From: Thermodesulfobacteriota bacterium
GTDB taxonomy: Bacteria > Desulfobacterota_D > UBA1144 > Nemesobacterales > UBA2774
Length of the DNA stretch: 64,000 nucleotides
NCBI GenBank assembly: GCA_965216785.1
Contig: OZ244197.1
Span: forward strand, 2,848,001 to 2,912,000
Reading direction: 5' to 3'
Shown: positions 30,523 through 40,540 of the stretch, piece by piece
How positions within the stretch are numbered: position 1 is the first letter of the stretch
How the letters are laid out: each line of letters opens with the position of its first letter
The notes under the pieces: generated by a model
Seen by the model: only the letters and a program-made list of their open reading frames with translations
Databases searched by the model: none
What the model was told of the DNA's origin: nothing
Translations under genes and position numbers: made by a program

Positions 30523-31953
30523 TTACATTCGGGAATTTAATAACCTTTCCGCCGCTTCTTCGCCTGAGCGCACGCAATCGGGGATACCTACCCCGCTGTA
30601 AGCGTTTCCCGCAAGCTCTAAGCCCGGGAAACTTTTTGTCCTATTGTTGATCCGAGCTATACGCTCCTGATGGCCCACTGCGTATTGGGGCAGTGACTCG
30701 TGGTTTCTGCTAACCGTCCCGAAAAGCGGCTCTGATGTAATGCCCATAAGGGGCGACAAAGTGTCGTGCGCGATCTTGGCAAGCCATGTGTCGTCTCTGT
30801 CGTGGACATCGGATATTATGGATCCACCTATAAAACAGCGAAGATGAACCTTTTCACGCGGAGTACGCCCGGGGAATTTTACGCTGCTGAACGTACATGC
30901 CGTGATCGGCGCGTTTTCGGTTTTAGGGACGACAAAGCCTACTCCGTTAAGAGGAGAGGAAAAGTCTTTCCTGTTGTAGACGAGGTTAATAACAATCGAT
31001 GATGAATATTTTATATCTGACAAATAATTCCCGAGCTGAGTGTCAAAGCCCCTTACTAGACCTGATGCATGTATAGAGGGCACAGCTACTACAACACCGT
31101 CAGCAGCTATAGATTCGTTATCTTTCGTTAACACCCTCCACCCTTTCTTACTACGCTCTATTTTTCTAACGGACTTATTGAGTCTCATACACCCTTCGGG
31201 GAGAGAGGACGCAAGCATGTCTACAAAACCCTTCATCCCATTTTGCAATGATATAAACTTATTGTAACGCCGGGATTTATCTCCATTATGGGAGCCATTA
31301 TCAGTGCGGGCGGCATTCCTGATAGCTCTTATGATGCTTCCGTGCTTTTCTTCCATCTCTGCAAGATGGGGCAATGTGGCACGAATGCTGAGATTTTCAG
31401 GATCTGCGCCGTAAATTCCGCTCAGCAGAGGCTGCACTAGGAGGTTGAACGCTTCACTCCCCAAACGGCGAGTGAAGAAAGACTTTACGCTCTCGTCCTC
31501 TTTTGACGTTCGGCGCGGAAGTACAATATCGAGTGACATCCTCAGCTTGCCGAGCATTGAGAACAGCGGAGACAAGATAAAAGGCCTTATACGTGTCGGG
31601 GCAAATGAAAACCCTTCCGGGATAGGAACCAGCTTATCGCGGCGGGCTACAAATATGCGCCTGGCCTCGTCATTGGTCTCTAAAATGTCCCCCTCCAGCC
31701 CCACTCTGAGACAGAGGTCGAGCGCCCGGGGTTTTGTAGTAATAAAAGAGTCCGGCCCCTCCTCTAGTATAAATTCGTCCTTTACCTTTGTGGAAATCAC
31801 GCCGCCCAGCCTACCGCTGCCTTCAAGCAAGATAACCTCGGTGTTAAGAGCGTTCTCTGAGCTTAATTCGATTAAACGGTGGGCCGCGCTTAAACCGCTT
31901 ATACCTCCGCCTATGACGATTACCCTTGCGGGTTTATGTTTAGATGTTCGCAT
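30523..31953 (-). CDS. hemY: Protoporphyrinogen/coproporphyrinogen oxidase, HemY type
   Basis: GGGISGL, EEGPDSF, GIYGAD, SSVKFPGR, PQYAVGH and GVGIPDCV. Confidence 0.93.
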   Translation of the reverse strand: MRTSKHKPARVIVIGGGISGLSAAHRLIELSSENALNTEVILLEGSGRLGGVISTKVKDEFILEEGPDSFITTKPRALDLCLRVGLEGDILETNDEARRIFVARRDKLVPIPEGFSFAPTRIRPFILSPLFSMLGKLRMSLDIVLPRRTSKEDESVKSFFTRRLGSEAFNLLVQPLLSGIYGADPENLSIRATLPHLAEMEEKHGSIIRAIRNAARTDNGSHNGDKSRRYNKFISLQNGMKGFVDMLASSLPEGCMRLNKSVRKIERSKKGWRVLTKDNESIAADGVVVAVPSIHASGLVRGFDTQLGNYLSDIKYSSSIVINLVYNRKDFSSPLNGVGFVVPKTENAPITACTFSSVKFPGRTPREKVHLRCFIGGSIISDVHDRDDTWLAKIAHDTLSPLMGITSEPLFGTVSRNHESLPQYAVGHQERIARINNRTKSFPGLELAGNAYSGVGIPDCVRSGEEAAERLLNSRM

Positions 31954-32030
31954 TTATTCTTATAATCCGGGATTGTCATATAAAACCAGAAATCTGTATG
32001 CAATTTTGTTTTGGCTTACAGATTAATTTA

Positions 32031-32046
32031 GGCAAGAGAAGTGCCA
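32031..32046 (-). promoter_or_regulatory. Sigma54 -24/-12 promoter facing hemY
   Basis: Minus strand TGGCAC-TTCTC-TTGCC, matching TGGCAC-N5-TTGC. Confidence 0.65.
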
Positions 32047-32243
32047 TTGGAATATGCTTATCTGGCAGGGTTTTTGTTTGCAAATTATGTCGGTTGTCAG
32101 AAACTGCTACATAAATCGCCTTACATATACTTGAATATTTGATAGTCCGGTTCATACGTTGAATGGAAATTACCCTCTATTGATCGCGTTATTATTCCCA
32201 AAACATTCTAAGAAAGCCATCTGCGGCTAAAAGACTTTCCGAT

Positions 32244-32259
32244 TGGCATAGGGATTGCA
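32244..32259 (+). promoter_or_regulatory. Sigma54 -24/-12 promoter facing the radical SAM gene
   Basis: TGGCAT-AGGGA-TTGCA (GG-N10-GC). Confidence 0.65.
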
Positions 32260-32276
32260 CCCTAATGTTAAGTATT

Positions 32277-33425
32277 ATGAGAAAGAACGGACATTCCGCC
32301 CATAGCGGCATGATGAAAAAGCTCCATGATATCGATTTTGCCCAGTCTCCTTTTATTGTAATCTGGGAAATTACACAGGCTTGCGACCTTGCGTGCAGAC
32401 ATTGCAGGGCGGAAGCAATTGACTGGCGCGACCCCAGAGAGCTTTCTACCCAGGAGGGGCTTGATCTGATTTCAGACGTGAGCTCTATGGGTTCACAAAT
32501 TATGGTGTTGACGGGCGGAGACCCGGTTAAGAGGGACGATATATTTGATTTAATACGCCATGGCTCTCAATTGGGGCTTAGAATGGCCACAATCCCGGCC
32601 GCTACCAAAATGCTTACCCAAGAGCTGGTTAATGAGCTAAAATCTGCCGGGCTATCACAGATGGCTCTTAGCCTTGACGGCCATAACGCTGAGGTTCACG
32701 ATACATTTCGAGGCGTACCGGGAGCATTCGATATAACAATGAAAGGAGCGGAATACGCCCGCAATGCCGCCCTGCCATTTCAGATTAACACAACTTTCAG
32801 TAAATATAATTTTCATTACTTTGATGAGATCGCAGAGCTTGTGAAGTCTCTAGGGGTAGTGTTCTGGGAAGTGTTTTTCCTAGTACCTATGGGGAGAGGC
32901 AAACTCCTAAAGCAAATGAGCGCCAGAGAGTTTGAGAAATTGTTTGAAAAGCTCTACAAATTTTCAAAAGAGGTTGATTTTATAGTAAAGATTACAGAAG
33001 CGCAGCACTACAGAAGATACGCGGTAGAGCAGGAGAGAAATAACGGGCCTTCACGGAAAAGCACTTCCGAAATTGAATTACCGGACCGTATGACGCGTGA
33101 TTTCGGACCAGGAGGCAGTATCGGGCACGCGCCAAAGGGCGTTAACGCGGGAAACGGTTATGTTTTCATCTCGCACACGGGAGAAATATACCCGAGCGGG
33201 TTTCTCCCCCTAAAAACGGGAGATGTACGCAGTGATTCCCTGGCCGAGGTTTACAGAGATCACGAGGTTTTTCAGCTTCTAAGAGACACTGACCGTTTGC
33301 TGGGTAAGTGTGGTATATGTGAGTACAGAGCCATCTGCGCAGGCTCTCGCTCGCGTGCATACGCTATGTCGGGCAACTTAATGGCGCCAGAGCCCTTTTG
33401 CGTCTATCAGCCTCCTCATGACTGA
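32277..33425 (+). CDS. Radical SAM/SPASM protein, AhbD/NirJ-related (TIGR04053-like)
   Basis: IWEITQACDLACRHC, LTGGDP, SLDG, YPSGFLP and C-terminal CGICEYRAIC..C. Start moved downstream of the sigma54 site (32277 or 32310). Confidence 0.85.
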   Translation: MRKNGHSAHSGMMKKLHDIDFAQSPFIVIWEITQACDLACRHCRAEAIDWRDPRELSTQEGLDLISDVSSMGSQIMVLTGGDPVKRDDIFDLIRHGSQLGLRMATIPAATKMLTQELVNELKSAGLSQMALSLDGHNAEVHDTFRGVPGAFDITMKGAEYARNAALPFQINTTFSKYNFHYFDEIAELVKSLGVVFWEVFFLVPMGRGKLLKQMSAREFEKLFEKLYKFSKEVDFIVKITEAQHYRRYAVEQERNNGPSRKSTSEIELPDRMTRDFGPGGSIGHAPKGVNAGNGYVFISHTGEIYPSGFLPLKTGDVRSDSLAEVYRDHEVFQLLRDTDRLLGKCGICEYRAICAGSRSRAYAMSGNLMAPEPFCVYQPPHD

Positions 33426-33441
33426 CAATCAGAGGCTGCTA

Positions 33442-34641
33442 TCAGGGCTTTTTCTCTAATGCGGGTCGAAGCAGCATCGGGAAAAACGAGACCGCGAAGA
33501 TGAGAAACGATACAATCCACATAAGTTGCGAGACAGCTATCCAAACCCCGTAATAACTCATATCTATAATCGGAAAGAATACTCTCACGACTGTTCCAGA
33601 AAATAAAATTATAAAGATCCAAAAAGCTATATTCGGTGGGTCAAATACGTTTCTTCCAGTATGCCCAAGAGTCACACGGGACATGAACCCGATTGTCATA
33701 AGACCTATGCCGCCATAAGTAAAGCTGTGAGTAGAGAGAACTGTTGGGATATTAAAAAACCCTGAGAGGAATAAGAGAGCAAACCCTACTACGATCCAGG
33801 AGTAAGCCCCAAACATAACCCAGAGTAGCGGCTTATCCAATATTTTATTTGAATACCATCCGGATAACCTGAGTGAATATAGAAGGGCCAGTATTCCCGC
33901 TATTATAAGAACAAACTGACCACTATTGTAGAAAAGCTCCAGTATGAAAAATAAGATAAAAAACGCCATGCTTAGTATATCTACGACTCTGTAGTTTTTG
34001 GGCTCGAATTTATATTCCATTAGCGCATTGCGGATAAATATAGGCGTCATTCTCCGTCCCATGAGCAAAATAATTGATATTACAACGTATAAGGCAGAGT
34101 ACACTCCAAGGCGCTCAGCATTTGGGATTATACCGAACAGTCCCAGATAGAAGATGATATTACTCGCCGCTATAATAGCCAGGTGCGCGGCCAAGACTGT
34201 TTTATCCCAGGCCTTGGCGCTTAAGATCGGATACAAAACTCTTATGGTAAGAACGATAAAGAATAAGCAGTCAATGACAGCTCCGTAAATATAAGAAATG
34301 CCCGAAAACAAGGGCGCTGAGATTAATATCCTTGCAAGGACCCATAGGATTAATAGAAAAATGAGCGTGTACTTCTTGTTTATTTCAACCCCCAGCCAAT
34401 ACTTCTCGACAGTTAGCAGAAAGCCCGCAATTACAGCCGCTGTGTAGCCGAACAGCATCTCGTGGGCATGCCACATCGTAGGTGAAATGTTCTGGAAATT
34501 GAGGTCGAGCTTAAATGTATAATAAACCGTCCAGATTATCATATAGTATAGGGAGGCTATTCCCGCCAGTAAAAAAAACGGTCTGAACGGTGTTTCGAGA
34601 ACTGAGAATTTTTGATTTTCGTTTCTTATTATCCGCTTCAT
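33442..34641 (-). CDS. nnrS: NnrS family membrane protein
   Basis: PFRPFFL, WHAHEMLFGY, GFLLT and SRVTLGHTGR; about 12 TM helices. Confidence 0.92.
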   Translation of the reverse strand: MKRIIRNENQKFSVLETPFRPFFLLAGIASLYYMIIWTVYYTFKLDLNFQNISPTMWHAHEMLFGYTAAVIAGFLLTVEKYWLGVEINKKYTLIFLLILWVLARILISAPLFSGISYIYGAVIDCLFFIVLTIRVLYPILSAKAWDKTVLAAHLAIIAASNIIFYLGLFGIIPNAERLGVYSALYVVISIILLMGRRMTPIFIRNALMEYKFEPKNYRVVDILSMAFFILFFILELFYNSGQFVLIIAGILALLYSLRLSGWYSNKILDKPLLWVMFGAYSWIVVGFALLFLSGFFNIPTVLSTHSFTYGGIGLMTIGFMSRVTLGHTGRNVFDPPNIAFWIFIILFSGTVVRVFFPIIDMSYYGVWIAVSQLMWIVSFLIFAVSFFPMLLRPALEKKP

Positions 34642-34724
34642 TGTCTATCCTGTGATCATATGTATGTGAGGAGAATACTAAAAATTCATCCTATTCTGAG
34701 TCGTTACAATCTGGAATGTTGTCG

Positions 34725-35633
34725 TTAGTGCTTTCCCCCCTCCATCATACGATAGAGGTGGATAATATAGGGAAAGAGCGCGTCCATTGATTCCTTGGCG
34801 CCTTTTGATGAGCCGGGGAGCGTTAATATTAACGTTTCTCCACTGAGCCCCGACACACCTCTTGAAAGCATGGAGTAAGGGGTTCTGTTCTGGCCGTAGC
34901 TCCTGGCCGCCTCCATGATCCCAGGTATTTCTTTTTCGATCAGCGGACGAAGTGCTTCAGGTGTATTGTCCCTCGGTGAAAGACCGGTGCCGCCTGTTGT
35001 AACTACCAGCTTGTAGCCGCTCTCACACCACTTGGTAACGGTGTTTCTTATATCCTCGGGTTCATCCGGAACAATCCTGTATTCGGCATTTTCTATTCCA
35101 ACCTCTCGTAGTTTAGAGAGGATATTCTTACCTGCCGTGTCCTGCTTCTTTTCGGCGAAAACAGAATCCGAGATCACAAGAACACCCGCTTTCATACCCT
35201 CTGGGATTTTCTCTTTAAACTGTGACTTGCCGCCCGATTTCTCAAGAAGCTTTATGGATGTAATCTCCATACTCTTATCTATAGGTTTACACATGTCATA
35301 TACAGTAAGGGCCGCGGCGCTTGCCGCCGTTAGGGCCTCCATCTCACAGCCCGTCTTAGCCGTAGACTGAACGGTTACATCAATTATTATCCTCTTCTCG
35401 TCCTGTATTTCCGTCTCCGTTTCCACCCACTCAACTGGGATATTGTGGCAGAATAAGAGAATTTCCGGGGTCTTTTTAGCCCCTACCATCGCGGCTGCCT
35501 TTGTGAATTCAAGCACATCCCCTTTAGGCACTTCCCGGTTAAGTATTCTTTGAGCGGTCTCCGGAGCCATCTCCACAACTGCCCGGGCTTTTGCGATTCT
35601 AAGAGTAGTCGTCTTATTACTCACATTTATCAT
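34725..35633 (-). CDS. moaCB: Bifunctional MoaC-MoaB/Mog
   Basis: PKGDV, KTGCEMEAL, YDMCK and EKSGGKS; then TTGGTG, RDNTPEA and LPGS. Confidence 0.92.
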   Translation of the reverse strand: MINVSNKTTTLRIAKARAVVEMAPETAQRILNREVPKGDVLEFTKAAAMVGAKKTPEILLFCHNIPVEWVETETEIQDEKRIIIDVTVQSTAKTGCEMEALTAASAAALTVYDMCKPIDKSMEITSIKLLEKSGGKSQFKEKIPEGMKAGVLVISDSVFAEKKQDTAGKNILSKLREVGIENAEYRIVPDEPEDIRNTVTKWCESGYKLVVTTGGTGLSPRDNTPEALRPLIEKEIPGIMEAARSYGQNRTPYSMLSRGVSGLSGETLILTLPGSSKGAKESMDALFPYIIHLYRMMEGGKH

Positions 35634-35710
35634 TCAACGTATCTCCTATCATAACTTTTCTTATATTGCTTTAATCCTAGCACTCTAATATCTATTAATT
35701 AACCTCATGA

Positions 35711-36445
35711 CTATACAAACATGTAAAAAATCCTGAGTGATACAAAAAGCACCAGGAGCGCCGTAATATCCCTGACCAGTCTCTGTGAGAGTATAGTCCC
35801 CGATCCAAGGCGGCTCCCGATCTGCCCGCCAATGAGAACAGCGAGAAAAAGAGGCCAGTGATTTGTTACTTCTACAAAATTCACCCCCTTTGCCAATTGG
35901 CCCGCAAGACCCGCAAGCGAATTGAGTAGTATAAACATCGCTGCCGTAGCGGCTATCTGCTTTGGCAAACCCCATCTCGAGTATAGGAGAAGAGGAGCAA
36001 GAAATATTCCCCCTCCTATTCCAACCATACCGGCCAGGAGCCCGAGCACCGATCCTAAGAGGAGCGCGATAGGCACTGAGGGTAGTTTATATTCTTCATA
36101 ATTTCTGTTAATACGCTTAACTAATAGAAGCCTTAAAGCTACTAAAAACAAACACGACGCAAGGAGCAAAAGAAATACCTCTTTACTTATGGGGATACTC
36201 CCGCCTATGTAAGCCATCGGTATCGAGGTCACGCCAAAAGGCCAGAATAGTTTCCATTTAAAATGTCCATTCTTACGAAATAAATAAACCCCGCCTGAAA
36301 CTACTATTAAATTGCAAATCAGTGCGATCACCGGAATTGACTCGTAGGGGTAACCGAACAGCGCGAGCGCTGCAATATAAGACGACCCTCCCCCGAATCC
36401 TACGGATGAGTAAACAAGAGCGATTATTAAAAATAATAACGGCAT
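35711..36445 (-). CDS. TauE/SafE (DUF81) family membrane protein
   Basis: YSSVGFGGGSSY and GMVGIGGGIFLAP; 7-8 TM helices. Confidence 0.9.
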   Translation of the reverse strand: MPLLFLIIALVYSSVGFGGGSSYIAALALFGYPYESIPVIALICNLIVVSGGVYLFRKNGHFKWKLFWPFGVTSIPMAYIGGSIPISKEVFLLLLASCLFLVALRLLLVKRINRNYEEYKLPSVPIALLLGSVLGLLAGMVGIGGGIFLAPLLLYSRWGLPKQIAATAAMFILLNSLAGLAGQLAKGVNFVEVTNHWPLFLAVLIGGQIGSRLGSGTILSQRLVRDITALLVLFVSLRIFYMFV

Positions 36446-36473
36446 ACTATTCCTCTCATTACACTTATATTAT

Positions 36474-36899
36474 TTAGGCTCCGTGGTGCTCGCTGCACTG
36501 AACCCACTTGGGTTCTCCACTCGTATAATGCTCCTTTTTCCATATCGGGAGTCTGTGCTTTATTTCATCAATCATATACCTGCAAGCATCAAACGCGCTC
36601 CCGCGGTGCTCTGCAATAACCCCGATCCAAACCGCTATGTCCCCAATGGCCAGATGCCCCTGGCGGTGCACCCCTACTACCTCTAAAATGTTGAACTTCT
36701 CCTTTGCCTCCGCCACAATGCGGAGCGCTTCTTTTACGGCAAGCTCCTCGTAAACCTCGTATTCAAGCGAGGTAACTTCTTCTCCGTCATTATGATTGCG
36801 TACCCTGCCCTCAAAACACACAAATGCCCCGGCCCTTGAATTTATCAGCTCTTTAGTAAGAAAATCGGTATCTATAGACTCATCGGATATCGAGAACAT
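36474..36899 (-). CDS. moaE: Molybdopterin synthase catalytic subunit
   Basis: GAFVCFEGRVR, LEYE, HRQG, HRG-AF and PIWKKE. Confidence 0.95.
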   Translation of the reverse strand: MFSISDESIDTDFLTKELINSRAGAFVCFEGRVRNHNDGEEVTSLEYEVYEELAVKEALRIVAEAKEKFNILEVVGVHRQGHLAIGDIAVWIGVIAEHRGSAFDACRYMIDEIKHRLPIWKKEHYTSGEPKWVQCSEHHGA

Positions 36900-36902
36900 T
36901 CA

Positions 36903-37154
36903 TTAACCTCCCGCCACCGGGGGAATGAAGATGACACGATCCCCCGAGCATAGAGCTGTATCCATACTCTGGAACTCTTCGTTAATCGACACTCTGATGC
37001 TCCTTGAATCTTGAGGGAAACCGTATTCCCCCGAAAGGTCTTTATATAGCTCCTGGGGAGTCGCGGCGAAAGATTCTATATCTTCCTCTCTCTTCCCGGC
37101 TTTCTCTCTCAACATTGCATAGTAATGAATATTTAAGACTTTGGGTTTTTCCAT
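36903..37154 (-). CDS. moaD: Molybdopterin synthase sulfur carrier
   Basis: YAMLRE; C-terminal FIPPVAGG. Confidence 0.95.
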   Translation of the reverse strand: MEKPKVLNIHYYAMLREKAGKREEDIESFAATPQELYKDLSGEYGFPQDSRSIRVSINEEFQSMDTALCSGDRVIFIPPVAGG

Positions 37155-38341
37155 TACCGTTCTCCTTTATCTAAATTGGATTTTGCTGTTTTAAATTCCT
37201 CTTCATTGTTAATATTTTCGAGATTTTCACGCTCTGTCTGTTCGACCGTTTCCACCGGTGAGTGCATGAGAATGTCTCTTGGGGACATGTTGCCCGCTGC
37301 GAGATTCTGAAGGAGCCTTAGTCTTATTTTAGGCTCATAGATAGAGCAAAGAGGCTCTGGGAGATCGCCCTTAGCGCTACTGAAACAGGTGGCTATTTTC
37401 AAGGGATTTCGGTTCTTTAAAAGCCTCTCAATAGTCTCTCGGTCCACATAAGGCAGATCGCAGGCAACCACAAGCCAGGCCGCTTGAGGATGAGCGTGCA
37501 TTGCGGAGAGAATTCCCGAAAGTGGGCCCAACCCGATGAATACGTCATGTATCTGAGGCAGTTTCCCCAAACTCTGAGCTTTCCACTGATCCTTTTTGGA
37601 CGATATGAATACTTTGCCGCAAACCTCAGACAAAAGCCTGTAAACCACCTCTGCCTGAGGCCGTCCGTGATAATCGATCATGGCCTTGTCCCTATCCATT
37701 CGCCGGCTGTCGCCACCTGTGAGCACAAGACCGTAAAGAGGCGTCTCTGAAGCTAAAGCGGCAAGATACTCTCTGATAAAATCTACGATACCAAAAACGT
37801 CATCCCGATGAAAATAGGGCGCGTCTACGGGAAGTCTGTCAACTCTTTGTTCTGAGCCGATAAAGCCGATTACGTTTTCTATATCACCGCAAGATACGGA
37901 GCTTAGAATCTCCTTCTTATCATCTATTAATAAGAGCTTATTAACGAGCGTTTTCTTAAAACCTTCTATGAACACTAAATCACAGGAGTTAAACGCGGCC
38001 TGTATCTCTAATGGCGTAGGCACGCCCCTATGAATATTGGCCGTATGGCGGGAATCTGAGATAGAGATGCGGGAAGCCCCGCTCGACCAGGCTCTTTGCG
38101 TATCCTTCCCCTCTTTATCTATCTCAAACTGATGTATGCCGTATTTTATATAGCCAATATCGAACTCTTGGCTTAAGCTCTCGATAAGGCGCGTAATCAG
38201 AGTCGTTTTCCCCGTATTTGAATAACCGCAGATCGAGATTTCGAAGGGATGAAATATATACCCGTCCTGAGCTACAGCGCTCTGGCCGCTTGAATCGCGT
38301 TTGATATCCGTAATCCCGGTAATGTTTTTAAAATCTTCCAT
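37154..38341 (-). CDS. mobAB: MobB-MobA fusion (MGD biosynthesis)
   Basis: N-terminal GYSNTGKTT and IEGFK; C-terminal LTGGDSRRM-DK, GPLSG, VACDLP and EPLC-IY. Confidence 0.9.
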   Translation of the reverse strand: MEDFKNITGITDIKRDSSGQSAVAQDGYIFHPFEISICGYSNTGKTTLITRLIESLSQEFDIGYIKYGIHQFEIDKEGKDTQRAWSSGASRISISDSRHTANIHRGVPTPLEIQAAFNSCDLVFIEGFKKTLVNKLLLIDDKKEILSSVSCGDIENVIGFIGSEQRVDRLPVDAPYFHRDDVFGIVDFIREYLAALASETPLYGLVLTGGDSRRMDRDKAMIDYHGRPQAEVVYRLLSEVCGKVFISSKKDQWKAQSLGKLPQIHDVFIGLGPLSGILSAMHAHPQAAWLVVACDLPYVDRETIERLLKNRNPLKIATCFSSAKGDLPEPLCSIYEPKIRLRLLQNLAAGNMSPRDILMHSPVETVEQTERENLENINNEEEFKTAKSNLDKGER

Positions 38342-38364
38342 AGCTATGGACTCTGTCGCTAAAA

Positions 38365-39339
38365 TCAGCCTCCTATCTTATACATATCCTGCTCTACGCG
38401 CTCGATCCTTCTATACGGTTTCATCTTAAGTAGCTCGTTTAATTTACTTTTAAATTCCTGAGGCTCTACATCACGTATGTATACGCCGTCCTCCGACATC
38501 AGGCAGGCCCTTAAAAATCCGTCCGCAGAGAGCCTCCATCTGGAGCAATTACGGCAGAATGGAAGGGTCTCGGAGGCAATAAATCCGATACTGGCCCCTG
38601 TTGCAGTCTTGAAGTTAAAAGAGGTCGAATCACTCTCTGACTGCTCGCTTATTAGCTCCACCTGACTCGATATTTTCTGAATTGCTTGCGCAGCGGAGAC
38701 AAAGAGCTTATCTTTAGAGCCGCCCGCCTGCCCAATGCTCATGAGCTCAAGGAACCTCACCTGAATTCCGTGATCGGCAGAAAATTTTATAAAATCCAAT
38801 ATCTCGTGCTCGTTAATTCCACTCATGAGCACTGTATTGATCTTCACATGAAACCCAAGCTGTTTGGCGCGCAAAACCGAATCCAGAACCTTATCGAAGT
38901 AGTCTCTTCTCGCGATACGGTTAAAAGTATCCTTGGTGAGCGAATCAAGACTTATGTTGATGTGCTTACAGTTGGTATCATTTAAGAAGTCGAGCTCTTT
39001 TGTTAAATTCCAGCCGTTTGTGGTAAGCCCGAGCTTCTCAAGCGGAAGTGAAGAGAGGCGAAGGACAATATCCCTGAAATCCTCACGTAAAGTAGGCTCT
39101 CCGCCCGTTATACGTATCTGCTCCAATCCGAAATTAACTAAAGTAGAGCATACGCTCTCGATCTCATCCGGGCGAAGCCAACGTGATGAATCCATAAATA
39201 CAGGATTTAGCGGCATACAGTAAACACAGCGGAAATTGCACGCATCCAGAAGAGAAACCCTGAGTTTTCTGATCCTTCTTCCATAGTTGTCAATTAGCGG
39301 TACGATAGGTTTAACGTTCATAGCGGTTGTCCTCTCCAC
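38365..39339 (-). CDS. moaA: GTP 3',8-cyclase
   Basis: LRVSL, CNFRCVYC, ITGGEP, FCRNCSR and C-terminal IGG; the start may be the second Met (39318). Confidence 0.95.
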   Translation of the reverse strand: MERTTAMNVKPIVPLIDNYGRRIRKLRVSLLDACNFRCVYCMPLNPVFMDSSRWLRPDEIESVCSTLVNFGLEQIRITGGEPTLREDFRDIVLRLSSLPLEKLGLTTNGWNLTKELDFLNDTNCKHINISLDSLTKDTFNRIARRDYFDKVLDSVLRAKQLGFHVKINTVLMSGINEHEILDFIKFSADHGIQVRFLELMSIGQAGGSKDKLFVSAAQAIQKISSQVELISEQSESDSTSFNFKTATGASIGFIASETLPFCRNCSRWRLSADGFLRACLMSEDGVYIRDVEPQEFKSKLNELLKMKPYRRIERVEQDMYKIGG

Positions 39340-40535
39340 AGGTATAGTGGAAATGCTTTTCCTTTTTCGAAATAATTTTTTTCTTCTGAAAGCTCGATGA
39401 ACCCAGAGCTGTAGGCAAGGGACGTGAAATCCCCCGAGCCGTTAAGCGCGACAGGTGCACCAGTAATTGTCCCGTTCTCACGGTATGTAATTTTGACGGG
39501 CAAGAAGTATGTAAGATCTTTTTCAAATATGAAATCTTCTTCCAAAACTGCATATGGCATGTGTGCCTTAGTATCGATACCTAAAGATTTCCAGAGTGAG
39601 GGCAGTACGTAGCGGTGCAGGCAAACGAGAGCTGAATTGGGGTTTCCAGGGAGCCCGAAAACTCTTTTCCCTTCTTGAGTACAGCCAAACCAAAGAGGTT
39701 TTCCGGGGCGCTGTTTGACCCTGTGAAACAGCTCTTCCACACCAAGGTGTTTTAACGCTCCGGGGATAAAATCGAACTTACCCTTTGAGACCCCTCCGGA
39801 AATAATAACCACGTCCGACGTATCGAGTATTTTCCCAAGTGAGGATAAAATCTCATCCTCACTATCGTGAAGGTGATAACTGTTAATATCGTTAAACTCG
39901 TATGCTGAAAGTGATGTCATGAGAGCATAAGAATTAGACTGTCTTATCTGATAATCGGCGGGTTTTTGATCGACGTCGACAAGCTCGTCCCCGGTGCTGA
40001 CAACAGATATGGGAGGACGCTTGGACACTTTTATGTCCGCACACCCGACTGCAGCTGCGATTGCGGCATATGGGGCGCTTAGCACACATCCTCCGTTATT
40101 GATTACTTCACCCCCTCTACAATCAGTACCCATGCGGTGGACGTTCTGCATTTTTTCCAAAGTGAGAGAGCCATCAATACCCGCTATGCCGTCCTTTATG
40201 CACACGTCTTCGTATCTGATTACGGCGTCTGAGCCCTTGGGGAGCGGCGCTCCTGTCATAACTTCGATACAGTTCTCCGGATTTTTAAGAGCCATCTGAG
40301 GCTGCCCGGCTTTTTGGCATCCTTCAATCGGATAGTCCGTCCGTCCGCTCTCCCTGCTTTGTACGGAGACGGCAATACCGTCCATAGCTGCGCGGTTAAA
40401 CGGAGGATAATCCCTGTCGGCAACGAGGGGCTGCCTGAGCACTTCGCCCTGTATACTGCAGATTTCGGTAAGGGTTGAATCTGCCGGTAACGATCGGCTG
40501 AGAATAATTTCTTCGGCTTTTTTAACTGATATCAT
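39318..40535 (-). CDS. moeA: Molybdopterin molybdenumtransferase
   Basis: PPFNRAAMDG, MTGA, STGDEL, SGGVSKG, RPGKP and LPGNP. Confidence 0.96.
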   Translation of the reverse strand: MISVKKAEEIILSRSLPADSTLTEICSIQGEVLRQPLVADRDYPPFNRAAMDGIAVSVQSRESGRTDYPIEGCQKAGQPQMALKNPENCIEVMTGAPLPKGSDAVIRYEDVCIKDGIAGIDGSLTLEKMQNVHRMGTDCRGGEVINNGGCVLSAPYAAIAAAVGCADIKVSKRPPISVVSTGDELVDVDQKPADYQIRQSNSYALMTSLSAYEFNDINSYHLHDSEDEILSSLGKILDTSDVVIISGGVSKGKFDFIPGALKHLGVEELFHRVKQRPGKPLWFGCTQEGKRVFGLPGNPNSALVCLHRYVLPSLWKSLGIDTKAHMPYAVLEEDFIFEKDLTYFLPVKITYRENGTITGAPVALNGSGDFTSLAYSSGFIELSEEKNYFEKGKAFPLYLWRGQPL

Positions 40536-40540
40536 ATAGG

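Noticed and set aside
32277-33425. RiPP maturase cluster
   Set aside because: No precursor peptide, PqqD/RRE domain or transporter nearby; the heme context fits better
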